Assembly: GCF_002075285.3 (NCBI RefSeq)
Contig: NZ_CP021983.2
Location: 4,140,001 to 4,172,000 of the forward strand
Reading direction: 5' to 3'
From: Halomicronema hongdechloris C2206
GTDB lineage: Bacteria > Cyanobacteriota > Cyanobacteriia > Phormidesmidales > Phormidesmidaceae
Length of the DNA stretch: 32,000 nucleotides
Position 1 is the stretch's first letter. Each line of letters opens with the position of its first letter. Below, one piece after another: positions 17,704 through 26,900 of this stretch. Below the pieces are notes generated by a model. It was given only the letters and a program-made list of their open reading frames with translations. It did no database searches and had not been told where the DNA came from. A program made the translations under genes and the position numbers.

Positions 17704-17931
17704 ATGCGTCAACCTTATCGCCAGAATCAACTGCTGCACTGGATAGGAATTTCGGCAAAGCTCCTATTTGCAACCCTATTAGTTGCTACAGTACTTTGTC
17801 TTTTGGGCGCAGTGTTAGGGGTTCCTGATGCGGCGTGGAGTTTGTACACGGCGCTCTGGCCGATCTTTTGGAAGAGCGCTCTGACCCTAATCTGTCTCCT
17901 AGCCATCACCATTTCGCTATCTTCTTTGTAA
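17704..17931 (+). CDS. Small membrane protein (2 predicted TM helices)
   Basis: 75-aa ORF with an ATG preceded by a strong Shine-Dalgarno sequence (AAAGAGGAGGA, 17688-17698). It has two hydrophobic helices. Confidence 0.55.
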   Translation: MRQPYRQNQLLHWIGISAKLLFATLLVATVLCLLGAVLGVPDAAWSLYTALWPIFWKSALTLICLLAITISLSSL

Positions 17932-17932
17932 T

Positions 17933-18565
17933 CTAGGCGCTTGGGCTCACGGTACTAGTTGCAGCCTCAGTGGACTCGGCTTTTTCCGCCAGCTCTTGCA
18001 ATCGCTTGATGCGATCTTCAGTGGGAGGATGGGTCATGAACAACGTCATCAGCCCTTCTTTTGAGAGCGGATTCATGATGAACATCGAGGCAAAGGCCGG
18101 ATTGCCGTGAATCGGCACCTCCTGTCCCCGGGTTTCCAGGGTTTCCAACGCCTTTACCAGGGCCAGGAGGTTCCCTGTAATCTCGGCGGCACCGGCATCA
18201 GCGGCACATTCTCGAGTGCGGGAGATGGCCATGCGCAGTAAACCGGCGGCCAGGGGACCAACCACCAGCAAAAACAAAATGGCAATGGGATTGCTACCCC
18301 GTCGCCCGACTAGGGCAACGGGAAAGTACAGGGCCCCTAGCGTCAGAATGCGCCCCAGGTAAGTCATTGCTCTGGAAAGTGTCCCCGCCACCGCTTGGGT
18401 CAGGGTATCGCGGTTGCGTACATGGGTGAGCTCGTGGGCAATCACACTGTCTAACTGATCATCCGGCAGTAGATCGATGAGGCCTTGGGTCAATGCGATC
18501 GCAGCGTGGTTCGGATCGCGTCCGGTGGCAAATGCATTGGGAGAGTCCGACGGCACCACATACAA
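17933..18565 (-). pseudogene. htpX: HtpX-like M48 zinc metalloprotease, 5'-truncated
   Basis: It begins at the conserved YVVPSDSPNAFATGRDP segment and has HELTHVRNRD (HExxH) plus the C-terminal THPPTEDRIKRL. About 80-90 N-terminal residues, including the first TM helices, are absent. An in-frame TAG sits immediately upstream, and only a TTG start is available. Confidence 0.7.
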
Positions 18566-18730
18566 CGTAATGCTCTACTCTGTTACATCATAAAACTCAA
18601 CGTTTAATAGGCTTCGCCAGCACAGTGGCTATCCACTCGTCGTTGTAGGCTTCTTTAAGGGGTTTGGGGCCGAGGCTGCCCGCCACTTTGGGCGGCGTTT
18701 TTTGACTTCTTTAAGTCAGCTTCTAAAGTT

Positions 18731-19216
18731 TTAGCATCCTATTGATTTTGCAAGGATATTGACTTCAGCTTTGGGCAATCGGCGGTTGTGGCGCTTGAGG
18801 ATAGAGAGCCATTCACACAGGAGTTCTGCACTGGCTAATTGGCGCTCATAAACGGACTGGATAATCCAGAGGGTGCCATGAACTGGGACTTGCTGCTTCT
18901 GACAGGATCTTCGGAGAGGCTTTTCGTTGGTTAACAACAGCCGTTGATAGGTCTTGGCATAGTACAGGCAGAGGGCATCTTGAAAACTGAGTGGTCCCCT
19001 TTGATAGGCGCGGGCTAGGAGCGCCCACTCTTGGGTGACGGTAACCGTTTGAATGCCAGCAGTCACGATCGCCTCCGGCAAATCCGGCTGACGAGGGTGG
19101 CAGCATTCATCAAAGACGACATCCAGAACCTCGACTGTGCCCAACTGTGTCAAGACGGATAAGCCATCAACATAGCCCAGGTCTATGAGGACATTGGCAT
19201 CTGACAGCAGAATCAA
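18731..19216 (-). CDS. PIN-domain protein (putative toxin partner of XRE-ImmA/IrrE)
   Basis: 161-aa ORF. The N-terminal LLSDANVLIDL carries the acidic PIN residue, and further acidic positions occur in DVVFDE, SFQDAL and LLLTNEKPL. Its TTG start overlaps the upstream stop (TTGA at 19213-19216). Confidence 0.65.
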   Translation of the reverse strand: MILLSDANVLIDLGYVDGLSVLTQLGTVEVLDVVFDECCHPRQPDLPEAIVTAGIQTVTVTQEWALLARAYQRGPLSFQDALCLYYAKTYQRLLLTNEKPLRRSCQKQQVPVHGTLWIIQSVYERQLASAELLCEWLSILKRHNRRLPKAEVNILAKSIGC

Positions 19217-20301
19217 ACTTCCAGTTCCTCCAACCAGTCGTTCAGTGTGTCGCGCAACTCGACCAAAGGCTTGCCTAAAATCTCTGCGGCTCTAGAAATC
19301 GTAATTTCTTCTTGGAGCAAGGCCAGAAAGACCATGCGTTCCAGGCGAGTTAAACGTTCGGAGTCTGGTAAATCAACAGGTTCATTGGTTAGGCCATGCT
19401 TCTTATTGAGCTGGCCAATTTGCTGCTCTTTTTGTTTTTGGGAGATGATGCCGACGTCAGCAGCTCGGTACAAAACGGTTCTCATGCTGACGCCATATCG
19501 TCGCTTCATATCGGCGAGTAGGGGTTCTGGCAGCCAGCGCCGGCGATAACCATGCAGTTCACGGCGGATGACATCTTCGGGCAAGAGAACGGCCCCGGCG
19601 AAGTGGTTGGCTACCTTTTCCCGTGGGTCAGAGCGCCCGCCTGCTTTTTCGTTGGGGACTCGATACTCCTGACGATGAAAAATTAGGTGGGCAAGCTCGT
19701 GGAGGGCAGTGAAGAATTTCCGCTCCGTGGGATGAACCGCATTGATAAAGATGACGGCACCTGAGGTTTCGGTGTAGGCCGAAAACCCTGAGATCTCGTT
19801 GGGCAGCGGGTGCAAGATGACCTTCAGCCCTTTCGACTCCAATAGGGCCAGGGCATCTCCCAAGGGGCAGGTTTCGCCCATGCCCAGCCAGTCGCGAATC
19901 TCCCGTGCGACTTCTTCAACGACATGAGCATCGTACCCGGCCAGCGGGCGCATCTCTGGCAGGGTGGGGATTTCGTGGATCAGTTGCTCAATAAAGGTAT
20001 AGTCTTCGGCTTTTCGGGAGAGGGCCGCCCGCAGGTGAGGATTGAGCGCCGAGGGCTGATCAGCCCGAAACATCAGCCCTGCCGTTTCGGGCATGGCCAC
20101 AGCCTCGGTGTCTGGCAGTAGCAGATCGACTGCGATGTCCAAGAACTGAGCAATTTGGGTGAGTTGAGCGACAGACGGTTCCCGATCGCCCTTTTCCCAC
20201 GCGGCGATCGTTTGCCGGGTAACCCCTAGATATTGTCCCAGCTCTGCCTGAGAGATTCCGGCTTGCTCTCGATAAATTCGGATTGAGTTAACATTTCTCA
20301 T
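19213..20301 (-). CDS. XRE-family HTH fused to an ImmA/IrrE (COG2856, M78) zinc metallopeptidase
   Basis: The N-terminal HTH is ISQAELGQYLGVTRQTIAAWEKGDREPSVAQLTQIAQFL. The central region carries HELAHLIFH (HExxH). Confidence 0.85.
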   Translation of the reverse strand: MRNVNSIRIYREQAGISQAELGQYLGVTRQTIAAWEKGDREPSVAQLTQIAQFLDIAVDLLLPDTEAVAMPETAGLMFRADQPSALNPHLRAALSRKAEDYTFIEQLIHEIPTLPEMRPLAGYDAHVVEEVAREIRDWLGMGETCPLGDALALLESKGLKVILHPLPNEISGFSAYTETSGAVIFINAVHPTERKFFTALHELAHLIFHRQEYRVPNEKAGGRSDPREKVANHFAGAVLLPEDVIRRELHGYRRRWLPEPLLADMKRRYGVSMRTVLYRAADVGIISQKQKEQQIGQLNKKHGLTNEPVDLPDSERLTRLERMVFLALLQEEITISRAAEILGKPLVELRDTLNDWLEELEV

Positions 20302-20368
20302 ATCCTATTTTGGGGATTTAGACCTAGTATTGTCTTATAAATCTAACACTCCTTGGTGAAGGGTCCTA

Positions 20369-20635
20369 ATGTCAAAGTCACAAAGCGGCAAAAATCAACA
20401 TGTTGTTCCTCATCCTGATGGCTGGGCGGTAAAAGCTGAAGGCGCTGATCGGGCGACGCGGGTGACGGAAACCCAAAGAGAGGCGATAGAGATTGCTCGC
20501 AATATTGCCAAAAACCAGGCTTCAGAGCGAATTGTGCATGGTCAGAGCAAATTGTGCATGGTAAGAATGGTCGCATTCGTCAGAAGAACAGCTACGGCAA
20601 TGACCCCCATCCTCCCAAGGGGTAAGGCAGAGTAG
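20369..20635 (+). pseudogene. DUF2188-family protein, C-terminus frameshifted by a 20-bp tandem duplication
   Basis: N-terminus HVVPHPDGWAVKAEGADRATRVTETQREAIEIARNIAKNQ. The duplicated 20-mer is CAGAGCGAATTGTGCATGGT (20523-20542) and CAGAGCAAATTGTGCATGGT (20543-20562). Deleting one copy restores ...SERIVHGKNGRIRQKNSYGNDPHPPKG-stop at 20625, which is the family-typical ending. Confidence 0.75.
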
Positions 20636-20681
20636 AGATTCTGTTTTTGGTCGATACAGCTACAAATCGTGGGGGGGTGAA

Positions 20682-21115
20682 ATGGCCAAGTTTCTATCCC
20701 AGAAAGTGGCTAATCTCGGCGGCGATCCGGAATCAGTACAGCTGGTCCGTTTCGGGGCATCCCATACCGTCGATGGCGTCAGTTTCACCACGGTTCCCGC
20801 CGTCCACTCCAACGGTCTCAGCGGTGATTTCATCGAGGGAGAATTGGGAGAAAGCCTGAATGCTGCCGGACTGAGGGCCTATGTGGGACCCTCCACCGGC
20901 TATGTGATTACCTTTTCTAATGGCCTAGTGGTTTATCTGTGATCGCCTCCCATGCCAACGAAGCTGCTCCCCGTAGCGGCGTGCTGCAACCCAATACAAA
21001 GACGGCTACCTTCCTGGAGGCCACCGATACGCCTGTGTATCTTCCCCTCAGTGGCCACCGCCTTTCCTTCAACGGCGATGGCATCTGTACGGCTGGGTGT
21101 GGGGAAGCGGAATGA
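20682..21115 (+). pseudogene. MBL-fold metallo-hydrolase remnant (5'-truncated, internal deletion/frameshift)
   Basis: Frame 1 gives ...GPSTGYVITFSNGLVVYL-stop at 20942. Frame -1 continues from 20939 as VIASHANEAAPRSGVLQPNTKTATFLEATDTPVYLPLSGHRLSFNGDGICTAGCGEAE-stop. The HxHxDH region and the segment between the two pieces are missing. Confidence 0.55.
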
Positions 21116-21196
21116 ATCATTTAGGGCTTGCGCATAGCCCCCTTGCATTCCCCAATTCTGGAGGAGATTGAATCCGGTTTCCTCCTATTTCCAACC

Positions 21197-21228
21197 ATAA
21201 AAAAGCGATTGGGACTTAGCCCAATCGC
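21197..21228 (-). terminator. Rho-independent terminator for the 21261-21644 gene
   Basis: On the minus strand there is a perfect 9-bp stem, GCGATTGGG / CCCAATCGC (21205-21213 and 21220-21228), with a 6-nt loop. TTTTTT follows immediately (plus-strand A6 at 21199-21204). It lies 33 nt after the stop codon. Confidence 0.8.
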
Positions 21229-21260
21229 AGAAACGAAATTCGACCAGCCAAATTTGTCGA

Positions 21261-21644
21261 CTACTGTGCAGCGGCCGCCGGTGGATCGGCTTCGATGCGG
21301 GCGTGACTGCTGCGACGAATGCGGTCTTGGCGTCGCACGCCTCCGGCCATCTGATACTCGATGCTGTCTTTGCCGTATTGAAAGGCCACTCCGGTTAGCA
21401 TCTGCGAAGACATTTGCCTCAGGTCTTGTTCCAGGGAGATGATTTCGCTACGCAGCGTATCGACTTCTGTCAGGGCGGTGTTGTAGGCACTGAGCTTATC
21501 CCGCAGACTATCGATCCGCTGGTTGAAGGTGTCTAGGGAACGATCATCACCAAAGTCGATGGCAGGATCAATGGCCGCGAGGCCAGCGGCGCGAACTTCC
21601 GCCTGTTCGAGAGTGCGAGAGGTTGTACGTTTCCGGTATACCAT
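21261..21644 (-). CDS. Hypothetical protein (predicted helical / coiled coil)
   Basis: ORF with ATG 21644 preceded by AGGTGA; the track start GTG 21653 is less likely. It is followed by a strong terminator. No domain recognised. Confidence 0.6.
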   Translation of the reverse strand: MVYRKRTTSRTLEQAEVRAAGLAAIDPAIDFGDDRSLDTFNQRIDSLRDKLSAYNTALTEVDTLRSEIISLEQDLRQMSSQMLTGVAFQYGKDSIEYQMAGGVRRQDRIRRSSHARIEADPPAAAAQ

Positions 21645-22038
21645 TTTGTTCACCTATTCATAAACAGCTATGGGGAGCCTGGGATTGGGAAGCCGTCGCC
21701 AGGAAGCAGCCGCCCGGTATGACCGGATTAGGGAGACCCGACACTGACGACTCCCATCGCTGCTGTGCCATCGAGGCTGCAGACATCGCAGCGATGAGGG
21801 CTGGCGCCGAGTTCTGATCGCAGGGGCGATTGCGTTGGCTGAATCTTGGTGCTGCCGTGAACCGGGTTGGGGCTTGTGGTTTCTGGCAGGCTTCTCTCTC
21901 GAGCTCTGTACCTACAGTAGCTTCACGCCTGGGGGAGTTCCCTCAGAAGAACTGCTGGATATGATGATTTTTTGGATACATCATGGCTGAGTAGGATTAC
22001 GGTAGGGCGACCTGACGACGCCTTGAAACCTGAGATCC

Positions 22039-22227
22039 AAGCTTGTGTTGTTAGATCACAAGCTTGTGTTATGGGAGCACAACCTTGAGTTATAGGAGCA
22101 GAAGCTTGTGTTGTTAGATCACGAGCTTGTGTTATGGGAGCAGAAGCTTGTGTTGTTAGATCACGAGCTTGTGTTATGGGATCTCAAGCTTGAATTATGG
22201 GATCCCAAGCTTGTGGGATTCGATCTC
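22039..22227. repeat. Tandem array of nine 21-bp units (alternating subtypes, effectively a 42-bp higher-order repeat)
   Basis: The units start at 22039, 22060, 22081, 22102, 22123, 22144, 22165, 22186 and 22207. The two subtypes are AAGCTTGTGTTGTTAGATCAC and (A/G)AGCTTGTGTTATGGGAGCA(C/G). A degenerate tenth unit may lie at about 22018-22038. Stops occur in all six frames. Confidence 0.9.
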
Positions 22228-22435
22228 GGGGGTCTAGGATGCGATCGCACCTCTCTGCCTCCCAGATTCAGGCTGGAACGTTGAGATTCTAGCTAGTAAC
22301 CCAAGATGTCGAAAGCTCCATAGCAGCTGGGGAGTCAATCTTGCGATCGCACCCCGTAAGAAAATGAAAAGAGCCACGGAAATATCAGGGGGTTCTGTGT
22401 AGGGTATTGAGTAAGTCGTTAACTCCCCTTCCCGG

Positions 22436-22849
22436 ATGGCAACTCCCCAGGATTCTCCTGCAGATCGCTCTGTGCAGGTTGGCGGTGACATCACCGGCAG
22501 CGCCGTGGTTACCGGCGACCACAACACGGTGCAGGTTCAACCGGCATCATTACCGTCGCCGGAAACGGTCGATATCCAGGCCGAACTGAAGGCCTTGCAA
22601 ACGCTGCTGGCCGGCTTTGATGACCCGGTGGCCACCGGGGTCGCCCAGAAGCTAGCGCAGGAGGCCGCCAAGCCAGAGCCGGATAAGAGCGCCATCGCCA
22701 CCACTTTAGAAACGGGCCTGACCTACGCCCAGAGCCTGGCTGGATTCGCCGAGGCCATCGACAAGCTGCGGCCCCATGTGGAAGCGGCGGCTGGCTGGCT
22801 AGGCAAGCAGGGCTATAAGCTGCTGCCGCTGGTGGGATTAACGCTGTAG
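22436..22849 (+). CDS. Small protein sharing its N-terminal leader motif with the downstream STAND NTPase
   Basis: 137-aa ORF with an ATG start, ending 39 bp upstream of the STAND gene. Its N-terminus DRSVQVGGDITGSAVVTGDHNTVQV parallels DRSIRIEDSAVGSAIVSGDGNTIYV in the next gene. The rest is Ala-rich and probably helical. Confidence 0.65.
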   Translation: MATPQDSPADRSVQVGGDITGSAVVTGDHNTVQVQPASLPSPETVDIQAELKALQTLLAGFDDPVATGVAQKLAQEAAKPEPDKSAIATTLETGLTYAQSLAGFAEAIDKLRPHVEAAAGWLGKQGYKLLPLVGLTL

Positions 22850-22888
22850 GGCAGATACCATCTCAGCATTAGGGGAATTCCGCAAGCG

Positions 22889-23950
22889 ATGACCGAGCCC
22901 CAACCTGACCGCAGCATTCGCATCGAGGACAGCGCCGTTGGCAGTGCCATCGTGTCTGGGGATGGCAACACCATCTATGTGATCCAGCAGAGTCTAGAGC
23001 AACGGCAGCCGCAACCAGCGGCAGATAATCCCGCCATTGGCCCCAACCCCTACAAGGGATTAGCGGCGTTTAAGGAGCGTGATAGCGATCGCTACTTTGG
23101 CCGGGAAGCACAAGTCGAACGACTCTGGCAGTGGTTTCAGACTCTGGTTGAGCAATCTACGGTTCCGAGAGTCCTGCCAATCTTGGGGCCATCGGGGTGT
23201 GGCAAATCTTCCCTGGCGAGAGCGGGCCTGATTCCTGAACTGGCTCGACGACCGCTACCAGGGAAAGAACAGATGCGGGTGGCGGTGCTGGTGCCGGGCA
23301 CTCACCCGGTTGCAGCCTTGGCAGGGGTGCTAGCTAAAGCTGTGACTCAAGACTCCATGCCGGTGACTAAAACACGGGAGTTTGCGGCTGAGCTGAGGTT
23401 GCAGGCTGAAACGGGAGACTACGATGGTCTGCGCCGCATTGCCAACCTGATGCCCCAGATTCAAGATTCGCCGCTGGTGATACTGGTGGATCAGTTTGAG
23501 GAGGTTTATTCGCTCTGTAAAGACGTTAGTGAGCGGCAGGCCTTTATTGAGACGTTAATCCATGCGGCGGGTGACCCGACGGGCAATGTATCGGTGGTGA
23601 TCACGCTGCGGAGCGACTTCTTGGGAGAAACCCAGCAACATCCAGTGCTGAATCAGATTCTGGGCAGCGCGGGATATAATCCCGTCGTGCAAGCCATGAC
23701 TCCAGAGGAGTTGCGCCGGGCCATTGCTGAACCCGCGAAGCAGGCTGGACATCCCCTGGATGAAGCCACGATTGATTTGCTGGTGAAGGATACGGAAGGA
23801 CGGGAGGGGGCGTTACCGCTGTTGCAATTTGCCCTGACCCGGATGTGGGACGGGTTAGGGCAGGGAAATCCCCGGCTGACCTGTACCGTGAGATGGGCGG
23901 TGTGGGCGGTGCACTGGCGGGGAAGGCTCAGGAGATCTATGAGCGTCTGA
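22889..23950 (+). CDS. nSTAND-type P-loop NTPase, N-terminal part of a frameshifted STAND-TM-WD40 gene
   Basis: After the leader motif it reads NPYKGLAAFKERDSDRYFGREAQVERL, then Walker A GPSGCGKSSLARAG and Walker B LVILVDQFEEV. The conserved LPLLQFALTRMW then runs into the out-of-frame tail GNPRLTCTVRWAVWAV. Confidence 0.8.
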   Translation: MTEPQPDRSIRIEDSAVGSAIVSGDGNTIYVIQQSLEQRQPQPAADNPAIGPNPYKGLAAFKERDSDRYFGREAQVERLWQWFQTLVEQSTVPRVLPILGPSGCGKSSLARAGLIPELARRPLPGKEQMRVAVLVPGTHPVAALAGVLAKAVTQDSMPVTKTREFAAELRLQAETGDYDGLRRIANLMPQIQDSPLVILVDQFEEVYSLCKDVSERQAFIETLIHAAGDPTGNVSVVITLRSDFLGETQQHPVLNQILGSAGYNPVVQAMTPEELRRAIAEPAKQAGHPLDEATIDLLVKDTEGREGALPLLQFALTRMWDGLGQGNPRLTCTVRWAVWAVHWRGRLRRSMSV

Positions 23951-26900
23951 ACCAGGACGAACAAGCCATTGCCAGACGGGTCTTTGTGGGGTTGGTGCAG
24001 CTTGGGGAAGGCACCCGCGATACTCGGCGACGGGCGGCGTTAGAGAGTTTGGTGGCAAGTCGGGATACGCCAGAAGCGGTGAAGCAGGTGATCCATCGGT
24101 TTGCCTCACCGGGGGCAAGATTGGTGACCCTCGCCCACGAGGCTAAGCAAGAAACGGCAGAAGTGACCCATGAGGCGCTGTTTGACCATTGGCAGCAGTT
24201 GTATGACTGGCTAGACAGCAGTCGAGACGATATTCGCTTTCAGCGGCGACTGGAGGCAGCGGCAACGTATTGGGAGAAGCAAGGACGACCTGAGGGACTG
24301 CTGTGGCGACGACCCGACTTGGATCTCTTACACACCTATTTCGCGTCTTTTCAGCAAGACATGACTACCTTACAGCTTCAGTTTTATCAAGCATCTACAC
24401 GTGCAAGAAAACTACGAAAAATTTTAGTTTGGGGAATAGTCGGGGCATTAGGAGTAATGACTGGAGGCATAGCTTGGTTTGGTCGTCAGGCACATCGAAC
24501 TGCATTTCTATCTAAGACTCAACAGTTAGCGCTGCAAGCTGAGTCTCTAGTGAGTCAACAAGAAGTACAACAACAAAAAGCAGGAGCTTTACTAGCAGTC
24601 AAGTCCTGGCAGCAGTTTCAACTGATGAAAAAATCATCCTTAGAAGTTGACCGAGCGCTCCGAAGTAGTTTAAATGTTCTCCCTGAGAGTGAGTTCATCT
24701 ATCTTGACCATATTAATGAGATTGTGTCTTGGGGTTCTATTGGCATAACATCTTTCACCATTGGACATAATTACTTTATTGACTCTGCGATCTTTAGTCC
24801 CGATGGTGAGAAAATTGTTGTTTTTTATCAAACTCCTGAAAGCTCTTTCTGGTCTGGTGAGGCGAGAATTTGGGATGTTGCGACTCAGAAGGAGATTTTT
24901 CGAATAGATCATGAGGTAACTATAGACTCTGTCACTTTTAGTTCTGACGGAGAAAAGATTTTTTACAGTAGCACAGATGAAGTGTTTTTTGGAGTAGATG
25001 TATCGACCCAAAAAGAATTGTTTCGCTTTGAATTAGATAGCCCTGTTGATTCGATTGTTTTTAACTCTGACGGAAAATCGTTTATTTTAGCTTTTAAATA
25101 CAATCCTTACTTGCTAGAAATTCGGGATATTAAGAGTGGCAAGAAAATTCGTGAAATTACTGACTTAGATCTGTTTCAAGATTTTTCGTTTAGAGTAGAT
25201 GATGCAAAAATTATCTCTATCAATTTGGAGGGTATAGTAAAGACATGGGATATCCATACTGGAAAAGAGATAAATCAAATACAAATAGCAAATCTTCAAA
25301 AGTTTGACTATGCGGTTAAATTAAGTCCTGATGGGAAGCGGTTCATTTCTAGTAGCGAAGGCGATGATGGCATATTGCTATGGGATACTTTCAAAGGATC
25401 TAGAATTTCTTGGATCAGTCACGCAGACTATTACTCTGCTTTATTCAGTCATAATGGCAAATGGTTCGCTTTTCTTGACAAAGACGGAGTTTTGAAGGTA
25501 CACAGATCCTCTGATGGAAAAGAAGTTTTTTATTCTCAGGATGGTCTTGAAGTTAAATCTTTCAAATTTAGTCCCAACGAGAGTCAGATAGCCTTTGTGA
25601 CGGCGGATGATATGGTAAGAGTATGGAGTATCAATGTCAGAAGAGAAGTTGCTCGCTTTAATCATGAGGGATATATTCGAGCAATTAATTTTAGTCTTGA
25701 TGGAACGAAAATTGCTTCTGCTAGTGTCACAGATACTGGCTTAAGTAATTACTGGATTCCTCTTGATATGCCAACTCTAAAAGTTTGGAATGTTGACACT
25801 GATACTAACGAAGAATTTTCTCTCAAACACAATGATAGTATTAACTTTGCTACTTTTAACCCAGATGGAACGAATGTTATTTCTGCAAGTGATGACGGAA
25901 CAGCAAGATTATGGAACACATATACTGGACAAGAATTGAAAAGTTTTGATCATAAAAATCCAGTTTTATTCGCATCGTTTAATCCCACCAAGAATCAAAT
26001 AGTTTCTGTTGATGCTGACAAAACGTTACGAGTGTGGGATATCAAAACTGGCCTAGCATTAGAGGAAATAAAGCATGAACACAATATTGAATTTGCTGCC
26101 TTTAGTGCTGATGGAAGTCGATTATTCTCTTTAAGCTACAGTGGAGATCGTGAAACTCCGATTTCCAATAGGGATAGTACCATTAGAGTATGGGATACAA
26201 ATGACTATAATGAAATAATTCATACTGATTCTGGATTTAACAGAAATATCTTCTTCAGCTCTGATAGTAAATGGCTTGCTCATTATGATGGTGAAGACTG
26301 GAGGTTTTGGAATACTGATACTGGGCAAGAAGTTTCTGAGCCTAATTACCGAAAGGGATTTCTTATTAATTTCAGGGATTTGAGGACTCAGTATTTCAAC
26401 CCTGAAGCGTGGGATAGAGGAAAACCATTTAGTCCGGATGGAAGCCGGATTTTTCGAAGTGACAGCTTGTTTAATAGAGGGTTGGTAGAGATTTTAGAGC
26501 TTCCTTCTGAGCGCAATAAGATAAGCCAGTTTACTCATGGCCATCAATTTAATGATGCAGATTTTAGCCCCAATGGTGAACTTATAGTCTCTTCTAGTGA
26601 TGATGATACGATAAGAGTCTGGAAAACTTCCGATGGTTCAGAAGTCGCTCGATTTAGTCATAAGAACACTACCTCTGTAGCTTTTAGTCCTGATGGGACT
26701 CGAATTGTCTCCACCAGTGCTAACCACACAGCAAAGATATGGCTGATTGATACAGCAGAGTTGGCTGCGAGGGTTTGTCAGAGAGTCAAGCGAAATTTGA
26801 CCTCTGAAGAATGGCTCAACTATATTGGCTCAGAATTAACAGAATACGAATTAACTTGCCCAGACTATCCAGTGCATCCTAGCCTTCTTGATAGAGCAAG

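Noticed and set aside
18680-18703. Plus-strand hairpin CCGCC-ACTTTG-GGCGG followed by CG and T6, as an intrinsic terminator
   Set aside because: The stem is only 5 bp, and there is no plus-strand gene upstream for it to terminate. It may be a relic of deleted sequence.
22039-22227. The 21-bp repeat array as a CRISPR array
   Set aside because: The units are directly abutting with no unique spacers. The unit length is too short, and there are no cas genes in the window.
22234-22527. 97-aa minus-strand ORF overlapping the start of the 22436 gene
   Set aside because: It overlaps the better-supported plus-strand gene and the repeat-array flank, has no motif and has odd composition. It is likely spurious.
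24670-25011. Minus-strand ORFs inside the WD40 region (24670-25011, 25441-25665, 26131-26328)
   Set aside because: AT-rich antisense frames of a clearly coding WD40 region. They are Ile/Asn/Lys-rich with no motifs.
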